In this document: piece after piece, positions 38,828 through 48,676 of the stretch
How the letters are laid out: each line of letters starts with the position of its first letter
Numbering within the stretch: position 1 is the stretch's first letter
Assembly (NCBI GenBank): GCA_964553825.1
Contig: CAZKLT010000001.1
Location: 51,423 to 115,422, forward strand
DNA: 64,000 nt
Origin: an uncultured Gammaproteobacteria bacterium
GTDB lineage: Bacteria > Patescibacteriota > Microgenomatia > UBA10105 > UBA927
Direction of reading: 5' to 3'
The notes under the pieces: generated by a model
Database searches by the model: none
What the model was told of the DNA's origin: nothing
Seen by the model: the letters and a program-made list of their open reading frames with translations, nothing else
Position numbers and translations under genes: made by a program

Positions 38828-39771
38828 TATTTTTTAAAATGTTTCAGAATAGTCCACCGTATTTTGTCAGCAAGGATGTAGCACTGATACAGCATTGGCT
38901 TAAGAACAAGGTCATATGAGCCCGCAAATTCCAACAGCGTTGGACGGAAGCCTTCCTTAAATCGATGGAAACCGTACCATGGGTCATTGGGATCAGGATC
39001 TGGTCCCATAGCCCCCCATAAATCAAATCGCTTCAAATTACGTTTTTTTGCCCACTTGGCGATTTCCCATAACAGAAGATGGGGTGCCATGACTTCGCGA
39101 TATGCTCGGGACGAGGTGCCGTATGGATAGTAGGCAGTATTTTCCCAAACGAAGATTATCCAGGCTGCGATAATCTCCCCTTTGAATGAAGCAGTGAACA
39201 GATGGGCAATCCCGGCCCCGCGCAACACTTCCCACATTGTTTCGTGGTATGTTCTGCTGTGAGCATAGAAACCCTGCCTGGATGTCGTTTCTTCAGAAAG
39301 TCGCAGATATGCGTTAAATGCGGCGGATGAATTATCTTCCTTAATCTGAACACCGTGTTTTTGTGCAACTCTGATGTTGTATCGGGTTTTGGGGTGCATG
39401 GCTTTCAACAAATCTTCTTCTGATTTCGTAAGATCCAGGACGAACGTGAATTGTGTAAACAAAGGATGGTGTGAAGGTTTTATCCCGTCCAGTTGGGATA
39501 TTTTTGTTTTTTGGGATGCCGGTATATTGGGTTCGAGCTGTATAAACACCGCGTTTTTCTGGCGTCCTAATTGTTGTAGCTGGCTGACCATCGTTTTCGT
39601 TGGCATGGGTCCTTTCGGAAAGTAGCCGATGGTCCAAGGAGTATGAGGAATACGATGAAAAGTGACAAGCCAGTCGTCCTGTGTTGCAGTATGAATGCCC
39701 ATTCTCGTACGGAATTCTCCCCACGCAGGTGACTGCAGCGGATGGGGCGGGATTATTTTCTCCTGATTCAT
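38827..39771 (-). CDS. FemAB/FemX family peptidoglycan bridge aminoacyltransferase
   Basis: HPLQSPAWGEF, PKGP, KTRYNIR, YYPYG, FDLWG, GFHRFKEGF. Confidence 0.88.
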   Translation of the reverse strand: MNQEKIIPPHPLQSPAWGEFRTRMGIHTATQDDWLVTFHRIPHTPWTIGYFPKGPMPTKTMVSQLQQLGRQKNAVFIQLEPNIPASQKTKISQLDGIKPSHHPLFTQFTFVLDLTKSEEDLLKAMHPKTRYNIRVAQKHGVQIKEDNSSAAFNAYLRLSEETTSRQGFYAHSRTYHETMWEVLRGAGIAHLFTASFKGEIIAAWIIFVWENTAYYPYGTSSRAYREVMAPHLLLWEIAKWAKKRNLKRFDLWGAMGPDPDPNDPWYGFHRFKEGFRPTLLEFAGSYDLVLKPMLYQCYILADKIRWTILKHFKK

Positions 39772-39805
39772 CCGTTTATTATAGCAAGAACGCCGATGGT
39801 ATTAT

Positions 39806-40129
39806 TTGATCGGTCGCACGGAAAGAAGCAGTTTTTCCGTCTGTGGGGCTTTATGTATGATTGGAGTGATCAGTGTTGCCCAGGCGCAGGGGTATTGGGA
39901 GTTTTGGCCTGTGATACAATGGAAATTAATGCAAAAGAGACGGATAAGAAAGAGTATGAGCGCCATGGATAAGCCTATTGATTGGTTGCCGATTGACAGC
40001 CGTCTTTTTCCGTTTTTTTCGTTCCCACACGTACGTGGTATTGCACGAATTTTTCTCCTTATAGAGATGTCCCTCTGCGTCCTCGTCGTTGCGGGGACAT
40101 TGGTGGTGGCGATAAGCTCGCTTTTCTAA
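39806..40129 (+). CDS. Small hypothetical membrane protein
   Basis: Fills the gap between femX and pcrA; two hydrophobic stretches; start uncertain. Confidence 0.4.
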   Translation: MIGRTERSSFSVCGALCMIGVISVAQAQGYWEFWPVIQWKLMQKRRIRKSMSAMDKPIDWLPIDSRLFPFFSFPHVRGIARIFLLIEMSLCVLVVAGTLVVAISSLF

Positions 40130-40134
40130 AATTC

Positions 40135-41979
40135 TTATAATAAAAAGTCGTCGTCCTGGAAAGGACGCGATGAATTGAGTGACACATTGAGCGCAAGCGT
40201 ATCTCCGGGGATATCCGCAATAAAGCGCGAAATCATGTTTTGTGTTCTGGTACCAAAGAAAAGTCGTTTATTTGCGTATGTAAGATAGAGCCGTTCCTTG
40301 GCTCGTGTTATACCGACATAGCAAAGTCGGCGTTCCTCTTCCAGTTCTTCTTTGTCAGCAAGCGTTCTGCTGTGCGGAAAGAGGCCTTCTTCCATGCCCA
40401 CTATGGAAACGATAGGAAATTCAAGTCCTTTGGCAGCATGGAGCGTCATGAGGGTTACTGCGTCTCGATTTTTTTCGCGTAACTTCACTGTTGTCGGCTC
40501 ATATTCCTGCTCGACGAGGGCGACCGTTTCAAGAAATGCATTGATTTGCGGAAATTCGGTGGCGACGGAACGCAGTTCCTTGATGTTTTCCAATCGGTAA
40601 GCCTCTTCCTCAACATTGGCGTCATAGAGTTCCAGATACTGAGTTCGGGCGAGTGTCTGATCAAGAAGTTCAAGAGTGGAAAGTTCAACCAGCTTACGTG
40701 ATTCGTTCAGTTCGGTGAGATAGTTTTTGAATTTTTCGAGTCGGCCTTTTCCCAGTTTTTCAATACGTCTGAGGGAGATAGAGTCTTTGGGGTTTGCGAT
40801 GACACGAAGATATGCAAGCACGTCTTTGATTTCCTTCCGTTCATAAAATCGGGTGCCGCCGATAAGCACGTAGGGAATGCCGGCATGAAGAAACGCCTCT
40901 TCGATGACGCGTGATTGCGCGTTCGTCCGGTAGAGAACCGCAAAATCATGAAACGGACGGGAAGCTTGCAGGATAATCTGGGTGAGGAAATTGGCTTCGT
41001 CATGCTCGGTACGAGCCTCATACAGCGTAATCTGATCCCCCTTACTTTTGTCGGTCCACAGCTTTAAGATGGGATGAGACGTATTTTTTGAGATGACTCC
41101 GTGTGCTGCATCCAGGATATTTTGAGTCGAACGATAGTTTTGTTCCAGGTGAAACTCCTGGGCATCGGGATAGTCGTTCTTGAAATTTACGATATTGCGG
41201 AAATCCGCCCCGCGCCACCGATAGATGCTTTGGGAGGCATCTCCTACCACGCAGATATTGCGATGTCTGGCTGAAATGAGCTTCGTGATAAGGTATTGTG
41301 CCCGGTTTGTATCCTGATATTCATCTACCAGAACATATTCATACGTTTCCTGATATTTGCCGAGAATTTCCGGGTTTTTCTGAAAAAGGATTACCGTTTT
41401 GGCAAGTAAATCGTCAAAATCCATCGCGCCGTTTTTTGTGAGCAGCTGCTGGTACCCCAGGTAGACACGGGCGGCTGCCTCCTGAAAATACCCACGGGCA
41501 AACTGCGCGTACTCCGTTGGACTGATAAGTTCGTTTTTTGCTTGGGATATCGTGTGTCGGATAGCGCCGGGGTTATAGTTTTTTGTTGACAAGTCAAGCG
41601 TTTTCATCACTTCCTTGACGGCTTCGGTTTGATCCTGGTCGTCATAGATAACAAAATTGGGTGACAGTCCGAGGGTAACTCCGTCGCGCCGTAATATTTG
41701 GACACAGAGGGCATGGAACGTTCCCGCAAAGGGGAGATCACGTGATTTGAGAAGGGATCCGATACGTGCCTTCATTTCTCCTGCCGCCTTATTCGTAAAG
41801 GTAAGCATGAGAATCCGGTGAGGGTTTACGTGTTTCTCACTGATGAGATGGACAACCCGGTACGTAAGTACACGAGTTTTGCCCGATCCTGCACCAGCCA
41901 GTATGAGAACAGGTCCTTCTGTTTTTTCGGCTGCTTTGCGCTGATGAGGATTTAAGTCATTGAGAACCGATTTCGTCAT
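40135..41979 (-). CDS. pcrA: ATP-dependent DNA helicase PcrA/UvrD
   Basis: LAGAGSGKT, DEYQDTN, GDASQSIY, LEQNYRS, TLHAAKGLEF, EERRLCYVGITRA. Confidence 0.95.
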   Translation of the reverse strand: MTKSVLNDLNPHQRKAAEKTEGPVLILAGAGSGKTRVLTYRVVHLISEKHVNPHRILMLTFTNKAAGEMKARIGSLLKSRDLPFAGTFHALCVQILRRDGVTLGLSPNFVIYDDQDQTEAVKEVMKTLDLSTKNYNPGAIRHTISQAKNELISPTEYAQFARGYFQEAAARVYLGYQQLLTKNGAMDFDDLLAKTVILFQKNPEILGKYQETYEYVLVDEYQDTNRAQYLITKLISARHRNICVVGDASQSIYRWRGADFRNIVNFKNDYPDAQEFHLEQNYRSTQNILDAAHGVISKNTSHPILKLWTDKSKGDQITLYEARTEHDEANFLTQIILQASRPFHDFAVLYRTNAQSRVIEEAFLHAGIPYVLIGGTRFYERKEIKDVLAYLRVIANPKDSISLRRIEKLGKGRLEKFKNYLTELNESRKLVELSTLELLDQTLARTQYLELYDANVEEEAYRLENIKELRSVATEFPQINAFLETVALVEQEYEPTTVKLREKNRDAVTLMTLHAAKGLEFPIVSIVGMEEGLFPHSRTLADKEELEEERRLCYVGITRAKERLYLTYANKRLFFGTRTQNMISRFIADIPGDTLALNVSLNSSRPFQDDDFLL

Positions 41980-41998
41980 AACATATAATACTATCACA

Positions 41999-42682
41999 AT
42001 GAAATCTCTCTTCATCGCCGGTAACTGGAAAAGCAATAAAACGGCACATGAGGCGATAGAATGGGTAAGCCTTTTTCACCGTGAGTTTGCCGGAAAACAA
42101 TTCCCAACCGGTTTAACCGCTGTAATTTGCGCCCCGTTTACCGCATTGGCCTCACTGAATGATGCCCTCAAAAATACCAAGCTTCCGCTTGGTTTGGGAG
42201 CCCAAGATGTGTCAGCCTACGATGATGGCGCATATACCGGAGAAGTGAGTGCACGGCAAGTGGGTGAGTTTGCCCAATGGGTAATAATCGGGCATTCTGA
42301 ACGCCGCCATCATCAGCGCGAAACTGATGATGAGCTTGCACAGAAAGTAGGCAAAGCGAAAGCCGCGGATCTTCATGTAATCTATTGTGTTCCTGATGCC
42401 CAAACTGTTGTTCCCGCTGGGGTTGATGTTGTGGCGTACGAGCCCGTATGGGCTATTGGGACCGGTAAAGCAGACACTCCTGACAACGCCAATGGTGTAT
42501 GCGGCCAGATACAAGCCAGTACGCATGCGCCCCTTGTTATATATGGGGGAAGCGTGACGGATCAAAACGTTGTTTCATTCGTTTCGATGCCGCATATTGA
42601 CGGGGTATTGCCAGGAGCGGCAAGCCTTGATGCCCGTACTTTTTTTAGGCTCCTTATGGTCGCCGGTCAGGTAATCTCATAA
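41999..42682 (+). CDS. tpiA: Triosephosphate isomerase (short form)
   Basis: AGNWK, GAYTGE, IGHSERR, AYEPVWAIGTG, YGGSV. Confidence 0.95.
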   Translation: MKSLFIAGNWKSNKTAHEAIEWVSLFHREFAGKQFPTGLTAVICAPFTALASLNDALKNTKLPLGLGAQDVSAYDDGAYTGEVSARQVGEFAQWVIIGHSERRHHQRETDDELAQKVGKAKAADLHVIYCVPDAQTVVPAGVDVVAYEPVWAIGTGKADTPDNANGVCGQIQASTHAPLVIYGGSVTDQNVVSFVSMPHIDGVLPGAASLDARTFFRLLMVAGQVIS

Positions 42683-42688
42683 CATTAT

Positions 42689-43723
42689 ATGGAAGTAAGA
42701 CCAAAGCGCAGGAGTTTACCCGGGATTGGAATTGCGTTCGTGTGGGCCGTCGTAATCGGTCTCGCGATTCTTCTTTCGTACGGCATCGTTACCTGTCTGC
42801 GGTTTATGCGTACCACGGGTCTGACACCGTCGCTTGCAGCCCGACTTATCGTTGATGACGGTGAAGAGCTGAAATCCACAAGCGACAGGACCAATATTCT
42901 TTTGCTAGGTGTCGGAGGCGGAGACCATGAGGGTGCAGATCTGACCGACACGATGATGGTCGTATCCCTGGATCAGGATCAGAAGTCTGCGGCGTTTATC
43001 TCTATCCCCCGTGATATCTGGTCAGATACGCTTAAGGACAAAGTAAACAGTGCCTATCACTATGGAGAAGAGAAAAAAGAGGGCGGCGGACTGCTTCTGG
43101 CCAAAGTAATCGCGGAAGATGTCGTGGGAGTGCCGATTCATTACAGTCTGCTTCTCGACTTTTCCGGATTTAAGGAAATTATCGATCTGCTGGGCGGCAT
43201 AAACGTGAATGTCTCGTCTGCCTTTACCGACAATGATTATCCGATCGCCGGGAAGGAAAAGGATACTTGTCCCGGCGACCCGACGAATAGGTGTGTCTAT
43301 GAGACTATTCATTTCGATGCAGGGATGCAGCACATGGATGGGGAACGTGCACTCAAATATGTGAGAAGCAGACATGCTGAAGGCGCAGAGGGGAGTGATT
43401 TTGCACGGTCCAGAAGGCAGCAGGATGTACTGATTGCCATAAAAGACACGGTCGTTCACCCGACAAGGTGGTTTACGGTGGAGCGTGCAGGAAAATTGCA
43501 GGATGTCATAGATCGGGCAACTGATACGGATATGAACATTGCTCAGCTTTTGACGGTCGCGAAATTAATCGCTGGAATTCCAGATGAGCGGATAGAGAAA
43601 ATTTCCATAGACGAGCTTCTGTATAACCCGGCATCGTATCTGTACGGAAGATATGTGCTCATCCCCAAAGAGGGATGGAGGGAAGTTCACACATTTATAA
43701 AAGACGCCCTTCAGAAACCGTAA
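42689..43723 (+). CDS. LytR-CpsA-Psr (LCP) family protein
   Basis: NILLLG, TDTMM, SIPRD, ALKYVRSRH, SDFARSRRQQ. Confidence 0.92.
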   Translation: MEVRPKRRSLPGIGIAFVWAVVIGLAILLSYGIVTCLRFMRTTGLTPSLAARLIVDDGEELKSTSDRTNILLLGVGGGDHEGADLTDTMMVVSLDQDQKSAAFISIPRDIWSDTLKDKVNSAYHYGEEKKEGGGLLLAKVIAEDVVGVPIHYSLLLDFSGFKEIIDLLGGINVNVSSAFTDNDYPIAGKEKDTCPGDPTNRCVYETIHFDAGMQHMDGERALKYVRSRHAEGAEGSDFARSRRQQDVLIAIKDTVVHPTRWFTVERAGKLQDVIDRATDTDMNIAQLLTVAKLIAGIPDERIEKISIDELLYNPASYLYGRYVLIPKEGWREVHTFIKDALQKP

Positions 43724-45091
43724 TTACCACAGAAGCGCGGCGGTACCGCCAATAAATAAACCAATACCAATCATCAGGAGCATAAGCATGGGCAGTTCGT
43801 TTCCACTAATTGGTATTTCCTGACCGGCAAGCGTCGACGTGGGTTCCGCCGCAGTCGGTGTAGGTGAATCAGTCGCAGCCAGTATCGTGGTTGGGGTTGG
43901 TGTTTGCGTAATTGCGAGTGTCGCCGATGGCGTGGCGTCTCCCAGAACCTGAGTGCCGCTTTTGAATACCTCGAAGGTATGCGTGAGGGCGACGGGTTTA
44001 TTGTTTTTATCGACGGTCGTAATCGTGACGCTTTGTTTTCCTGCTGCCAGCGGTTTGGGTGGCGTATAGCTCCATGTCCCATCTGATTTCACGCGGGTCG
44101 ATCCGCTCATGGGATTGGTGATCCCGATTGTTATGCTGACGAATTTATCTGCGACACCGGTTCCTGAAATGAGCGGAAGGGCAGTGGCAAGCGATGCGTT
44201 TTGCGCAGGTGTGGCCAGGGTCACACCCAGTGTTTTTGGGGTTGATTCGCCCAATACAGCACCTCCCACCGGCAAGGGCGGGGCCGTGGTCACGATAGGG
44301 AGCGCCGGAGTGGCGGGGCGTAACGCCAAAGTGTTGGAGGCTGTTGTTTTGGCGTTTTGTCGGCGGAAATCATATGTACCGGCAGCTTTCATGTCGGGAA
44401 CAGGCGAGTCGTTGAGCGTATCGGTTTGGGCCGTGATATCTCCATCCGGATGTTTAACGAAGATTGTCTCTTCCATGCGTTCTACGATCGGGAGAAACGT
44501 TGTCAGGTCTTCCGTGCGCAGCTGATTGAGCGGGATAAGCCATATGCCTGATGGCTTGGTTAAAGCCGACAGCTTTTGCCCGCCTGCAACGGTGAGATAT
44601 ACCAGCGTATCGTCAGCAGGTGCGTCTGCGGAGTTTAATATGGTGCCGTATGCAGGCTCCAATCCATTAGTATTTGCCGGGAGTAATCCGGGCGTAGTAA
44701 GTTCATACGGTTTGTCCTTGTTTTGATATTGTCGGCCGTTTGAGAGGATTTTGAATGTATACAGGGTATTTGGCTGCGCATCGCGAACAGTGATACTGTG
44801 AGAAATGTAACTGCCGAGTTTGCCTGCGGTATCGCGTTCGTCATAGTAAATTCTGTTGGTTTTCCCGGCGGAAGTGACAAGTACTGTACCTGTCGCCTTG
44901 CTATCCGTCGTCCAGGAGACCGTAAAGGCAGAGTCGCCGATGTTGGTAATTTCTACCTGTTTTGGTTCTTGTGAGCCGGAAGCATTTGATGGGGCCCGCA
45001 GGGATCGTTCGACTGCAAAGATAATTGTGCCCACGACAAGCACGACCATAAGAAGGCCGATAATCATAGGCATTTTTGCCGGCGTATTCAT
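43724..45091 (-). CDS. Surface protein with FN3-like and Ig-like domains and a C-terminal IPISG+TM signal
   Basis: TNIGDSAFTVSWTT, DGTWSYTP..L..G, Thr/Pro linker, IPISG then hydrophobic tail. Confidence 0.75.
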   Translation of the reverse strand: MNTPAKMPMIIGLLMVVLVVGTIIFAVERSLRAPSNASGSQEPKQVEITNIGDSAFTVSWTTDSKATGTVLVTSAGKTNRIYYDERDTAGKLGSYISHSITVRDAQPNTLYTFKILSNGRQYQNKDKPYELTTPGLLPANTNGLEPAYGTILNSADAPADDTLVYLTVAGGQKLSALTKPSGIWLIPLNQLRTEDLTTFLPIVERMEETIFVKHPDGDITAQTDTLNDSPVPDMKAAGTYDFRRQNAKTTASNTLALRPATPALPIVTTAPPLPVGGAVLGESTPKTLGVTLATPAQNASLATALPLISGTGVADKFVSITIGITNPMSGSTRVKSDGTWSYTPPKPLAAGKQSVTITTVDKNNKPVALTHTFEVFKSGTQVLGDATPSATLAITQTPTPTTILAATDSPTPTAAEPTSTLAGQEIPISGNELPMLMLLMIGIGLFIGGTAALLW

Positions 45092-45145
45092 GAGACTGCT
45101 TTTTCGTTTATATGACGTACAGAAATCATTGGCAAGTTTTGTGGG

Positions 45146-45340
45146 TTAATACACCCGTTTGTTTGTAATATTTGTAAGGGTATCGATGTCGAATTCAGGA
45201 TTGAGGGGCACCACGATTTGTTGTGTTGTTGCCGAGACGGTTGTTGTTTTTACTGTCTTGATGAGTTCAAAGACAATCCAAAGTGAAACCGTCATGAAGG
45301 TAAAAATGGAAATAAGCAGTAAGTCCCGATCGTTGTCCAT
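45146..45340 (-). CDS. Small single-TM protein following pilO
   Basis: 64-aa ORF with TM and PLNPEFD; 3 nt from the pilO-like gene. Confidence 0.6.
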   Translation of the reverse strand: MDNDRDLLLISIFTFMTVSLWIVFELIKTVKTTTVSATTQQIVVPLNPEFDIDTLTNITNKRVY

Positions 45341-45343
45341 AGA

Positions 45344-46012
45344 TTATTTACTGATAAGATAGTACGATTTGAGCTTCATGGTGAGTTGTAGCTGTCGGGT
45401 GCTTGCCTGTGCACTGTCTGAGCCAGAAGCACGGCTTGCCCGCATGGGCTGCACGGACATGCCCTCAATAGAAACGATTCTTCTCATGGCGCGAAGACCC
45501 TCAAGAAATCTTTGGATAGCCGGATACTCGCCTTGAATGGCGAGCGTGAAATCAAATGTTTGCTGCCCTGATGTTTTATCAGCACTCCTGGTCGCATCAT
45601 TGGCAAGCAGGGGAACCGTCGGGAGTTGAACGCCTGAGATGAGCGCTTCACTTTCATTGGCGAGATTACGCAGTTGCAGTATGAGTCCGATTGCCTCAGG
45701 GTTCGGCGGCATGGCATCATCGATGTTTGGAATAAACGACTCGAGCTGTTGATATCCGGCCTGGGCAAGAATAAGTGCGGCAATTTTGTCTTCCATTTTT
45801 TTACTGAGTTCGGTTTTATCTTTGATTTCCCGTCTTAAATAGAGAATCGTTGTGATTGTCGGTCTGATGGCATACCAGCCAAACAGCGATACGGTGAGGA
45901 ACGAAAAAATAATCGTTGTGTATGTCTGATTTTTTGGTTTGGACAGGATCGGCTCTAAAGACTGATAGTATCGTCTGTACCGTTCCAGCTCTGTCTTGTA
46001 GTTGTATGGCAT
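45344..46012 (-). CDS. pilO: Type IV pilus assembly protein PilO-like
   Basis: TM (FGWYAIRPT), coiled coil, GEY..I..FL..L...RRIV ferredoxin-like C-terminus. Confidence 0.7.
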   Translation of the reverse strand: MPYNYKTELERYRRYYQSLEPILSKPKNQTYTTIIFSFLTVSLFGWYAIRPTITTILYLRREIKDKTELSKKMEDKIAALILAQAGYQQLESFIPNIDDAMPPNPEAIGLILQLRNLANESEALISGVQLPTVPLLANDATRSADKTSGQQTFDFTLAIQGEYPAIQRFLEGLRAMRRIVSIEGMSVQPMRASRASGSDSAQASTRQLQLTMKLKSYYLISK

Positions 46013-46014
46013 AG

Positions 46015-46566
46015 TTATTTCTTTGCGACCGGTTTTGGTATTTGCGCCGTAAAGACAAATTGAATTCCCAAAAGCGGATCTCTTGATATGTCTCCGATAA
46101 TGATATTTGTTACGGTTTTTGTGCCCTTCAGGTTTGCAATAAACTGGGCGAAGGAGCCGGTGGAACCTGAAACCGCCTCAACGGTTAACAGATCTCTCGT
46201 TACGTTCATAGATGAGATATAGGTTCCGTTCGGAAGCAGCGTTTGGAAAAGGGGCAACACGTCAAACATGGGTGTCGGTTCTTCTGTGAGTTTCTTTACT
46301 TTCGCCAACTTGTCCTGAAGCGTGCGAATGTCGGTTTCAAAATCGCTGTTTGCCGTGATGATATCTTGTTTTTGGGCAACATCTTCTTTTAGATCGGTGA
46401 GCTTGCGGTCCAAGCTAAACCGGGAAATAAAGGCAAGTAGCACCACAATTTCGGTACCAATCATAATATACCTGCCGTAGGTCATCGCCCAGCTTACGAT
46501 CCGGCCGGCCGGCGTGTGCTCCATCTCGGATTCGCCTAATAAATTTATGGTGATATCGGCAGGCAT
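46015..46566 (-). CDS. pilN: Type IV pilus assembly protein PilN-like
   Basis: N-terminal INLL motif, TM, coiled coil, LP.G...S; directly upstream of the PilO-like gene. Confidence 0.7.
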   Translation of the reverse strand: MPADITINLLGESEMEHTPAGRIVSWAMTYGRYIMIGTEIVVLLAFISRFSLDRKLTDLKEDVAQKQDIITANSDFETDIRTLQDKLAKVKKLTEEPTPMFDVLPLFQTLLPNGTYISSMNVTRDLLTVEAVSGSTGSFAQFIANLKGTKTVTNIIIGDISRDPLLGIQFVFTAQIPKPVAKK

Positions 46567-46685
46567 AGTGTCTCTTTTCCCACTGCAAAAAATGGATAAC
46601 TGGTATCCGAATAATACTGTGGTTCACCCACGAATCCAGTATACCAAGAGTAGGCGCAAAGGGGTATCGGGGAGTTTGAAGCGGA

Positions 46686-46925
46686 TTACTTTTTGGCTAT
46701 GAGCTTGGCGAGGTTTGCCTTCAGGCGGGCAGCTTTGTTTTTGTGGATGATATTCCGTTTGGCAGCTTTATCCAGTGCGCTGAATGCGCTTGAAAGCGTT
46801 TTGGCGGTCGGCGTTTTGCGCATCGACTTGATGATATCCCGAAGGTCAGTACGGGCGGCCATTGTCTGGCGTGTCCGTTTCCGGTCGTGTCGTAGCTTCT
46901 TTGCGGCCTGTGCAATAACTGGCAT
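46686..46925 (-). CDS. rpsT: 30S ribosomal protein S20
   Basis: MPVIAQAAKKLR..., LDKAAKRNIIHKNKAARLK. Confidence 0.95.
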   Translation of the reverse strand: MPVIAQAAKKLRHDRKRTRQTMAARTDLRDIIKSMRKTPTAKTLSSAFSALDKAAKRNIIHKNKAARLKANLAKLIAKK

Positions 46926-47023
46926 AGGATCGAAGTATATCATAGATCGTGCTGAATCAAAATAGGTAAATGGCGGGAAACATGCTGTATCCATGGGTAA
47001 ATCGGTGCGTTATAATAGGTGAA

Positions 47024-48676
47024 ATGAATCGCGTGTGGGATTTTTTTTCGCGAAGACAACTATCGGTGGGCTCCGCGGCAACCATTCTTGTTTCCATGGT
47101 ATTTGCCTCAAGGGTGATGGGTCTCGTCCGCGATCGGCTTCTGTCGGCGAGATTTGTTCCGGATGAATTGGGTGTCTATTTTGCCGCATTCCGAATTCCC
47201 AATTTAATCTTTGAACTCCTCATTATGGGCGCTCTTACGAGCGCTTTTATTCCGGTGTTCACGAAGTATCTCACGCACGGTGAAGCCCAAAAAGGATGGC
47301 GGATGACAGCTATTCTTATTAATCTGACTCTTATTTTTCTTTTCCTTCTGGCAATTCCGCTTCTCATTTGGACAAAAGAGCTTTCCTCCCTGTTGGCTCC
47401 GGGGTTTAGTGATGACCAGATAGCCCAAATGGTCCAGTTCACCCGTTTTATGATTATCTTTCAGGTGACGCCGCTTCTTATCGGAAATTTCTTTACGGGT
47501 GTTTTGCAGTCTCATAAGTTGTTCTTGGTGCCCGCAGTTGCGCCTGTGATTTACAACGTCGGGATAATTATCGGTATCCTTGCGTTTTCTCCCGCGTGGG
47601 GCCTGTACGGTGCGGTTATTGGCGTGGGGATTGGCGCCGTGTTGTTCATGTCAATCCAGCTGCCGCTTTTGCTTCGGATCGGATATCGGCATGAGCCGGC
47701 AATCGATCTGAAAGATAAAGGAGTGCGTGAGGTAGGTCGTCTTATCGGTCCTCGGACATTAGGCTTGGCAGTGTCTCAAATTGACCTTACTGTGGATCTC
47801 ATTTTGGCGAGCCTCCTGGGTGCGCGTATGGTTACTATTTTCAGCTTTGCCCAGCATTTGCAACAACTTCCTGTTGGACTTTTTGGTGCCAGTGTTGCAC
47901 AGGCCGCTCTCCCGACGCTTTCGGCGGCTACCGTGAAAGAGGATATGGATCAGTTCAAAAGAACAGTCATCCGCGCGATACATCAGATACTTTTCTTTGT
48001 GCTTCCCGCGTCAGTGCTTTTTATTGTGCTGCGTATTCCTATTGTCCGATTAGTATTCGGTGCATCGAGATTTGATTGGGAGGCGACCGTACTGACGGGT
48101 ATGACCCTGTCTGCGTTCAGTATCTCCTTATTTGCGCAGTCACTCGTGCACATATTGGCGCGTGGATTTTATGCGCTTTACGATACGAAGACACCGGTCA
48201 TTGTGAGCGTCATTGCGATAACCATAAATACGGTTTTAAGCATCGTATTCATTCAATATTTACACCTTCCCGTATGGGCCCTGGGCCTGTCGACGTCAAT
48301 AGCCAGCATCGTAAACGCAGTTTTGCTGTTTGTACTCTTGGACCGGCGGGTTGGTTGGTTTCCACGATGGGAACTCTTGGGGTCGCCTGTGAAGATGGCG
48401 CTTGCATCGCTATTGGCAGGAATAGCTATTTATGTACCGCTTAAGGTTTTCGACCAGCTTGTATTTGACACCACGCGGACAGTCGGGCTTATATTGCTGA
48501 CGGGTTTTGCCGGATCTGCCGGGCTTGTCATGTATTTTGCTTTGGCATGGCTGTTTAATATTAATGAGGTTCTATCAGTCTTCGCGCTTCTGCGGCGTGT
48601 TGGTAGCGGAAAGATGATCGTGCTTGAGCCCGCAAATGAGGTAGTAAACGGCGGAATTCAGGATAAACTTTCCTAG
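47024..48676 (+). CDS. murJ: Lipid II flippase MurJ
   Basis: SRVMGLVRD, AFRIPN, SAFIPVF, QLPVGLFG, RGFYALYDTKTP. Confidence 0.93.
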   Translation: MNRVWDFFSRRQLSVGSAATILVSMVFASRVMGLVRDRLLSARFVPDELGVYFAAFRIPNLIFELLIMGALTSAFIPVFTKYLTHGEAQKGWRMTAILINLTLIFLFLLAIPLLIWTKELSSLLAPGFSDDQIAQMVQFTRFMIIFQVTPLLIGNFFTGVLQSHKLFLVPAVAPVIYNVGIIIGILAFSPAWGLYGAVIGVGIGAVLFMSIQLPLLLRIGYRHEPAIDLKDKGVREVGRLIGPRTLGLAVSQIDLTVDLILASLLGARMVTIFSFAQHLQQLPVGLFGASVAQAALPTLSAATVKEDMDQFKRTVIRAIHQILFFVLPASVLFIVLRIPIVRLVFGASRFDWEATVLTGMTLSAFSISLFAQSLVHILARGFYALYDTKTPVIVSVIAITINTVLSIVFIQYLHLPVWALGLSTSIASIVNAVLLFVLLDRRVGWFPRWELLGSPVKMALASLLAGIAIYVPLKVFDQLVFDTTRTVGLILLTGFAGSAGLVMYFALAWLFNINEVLSVFALLRRVGSGKMIVLEPANEVVNGGIQDKLS

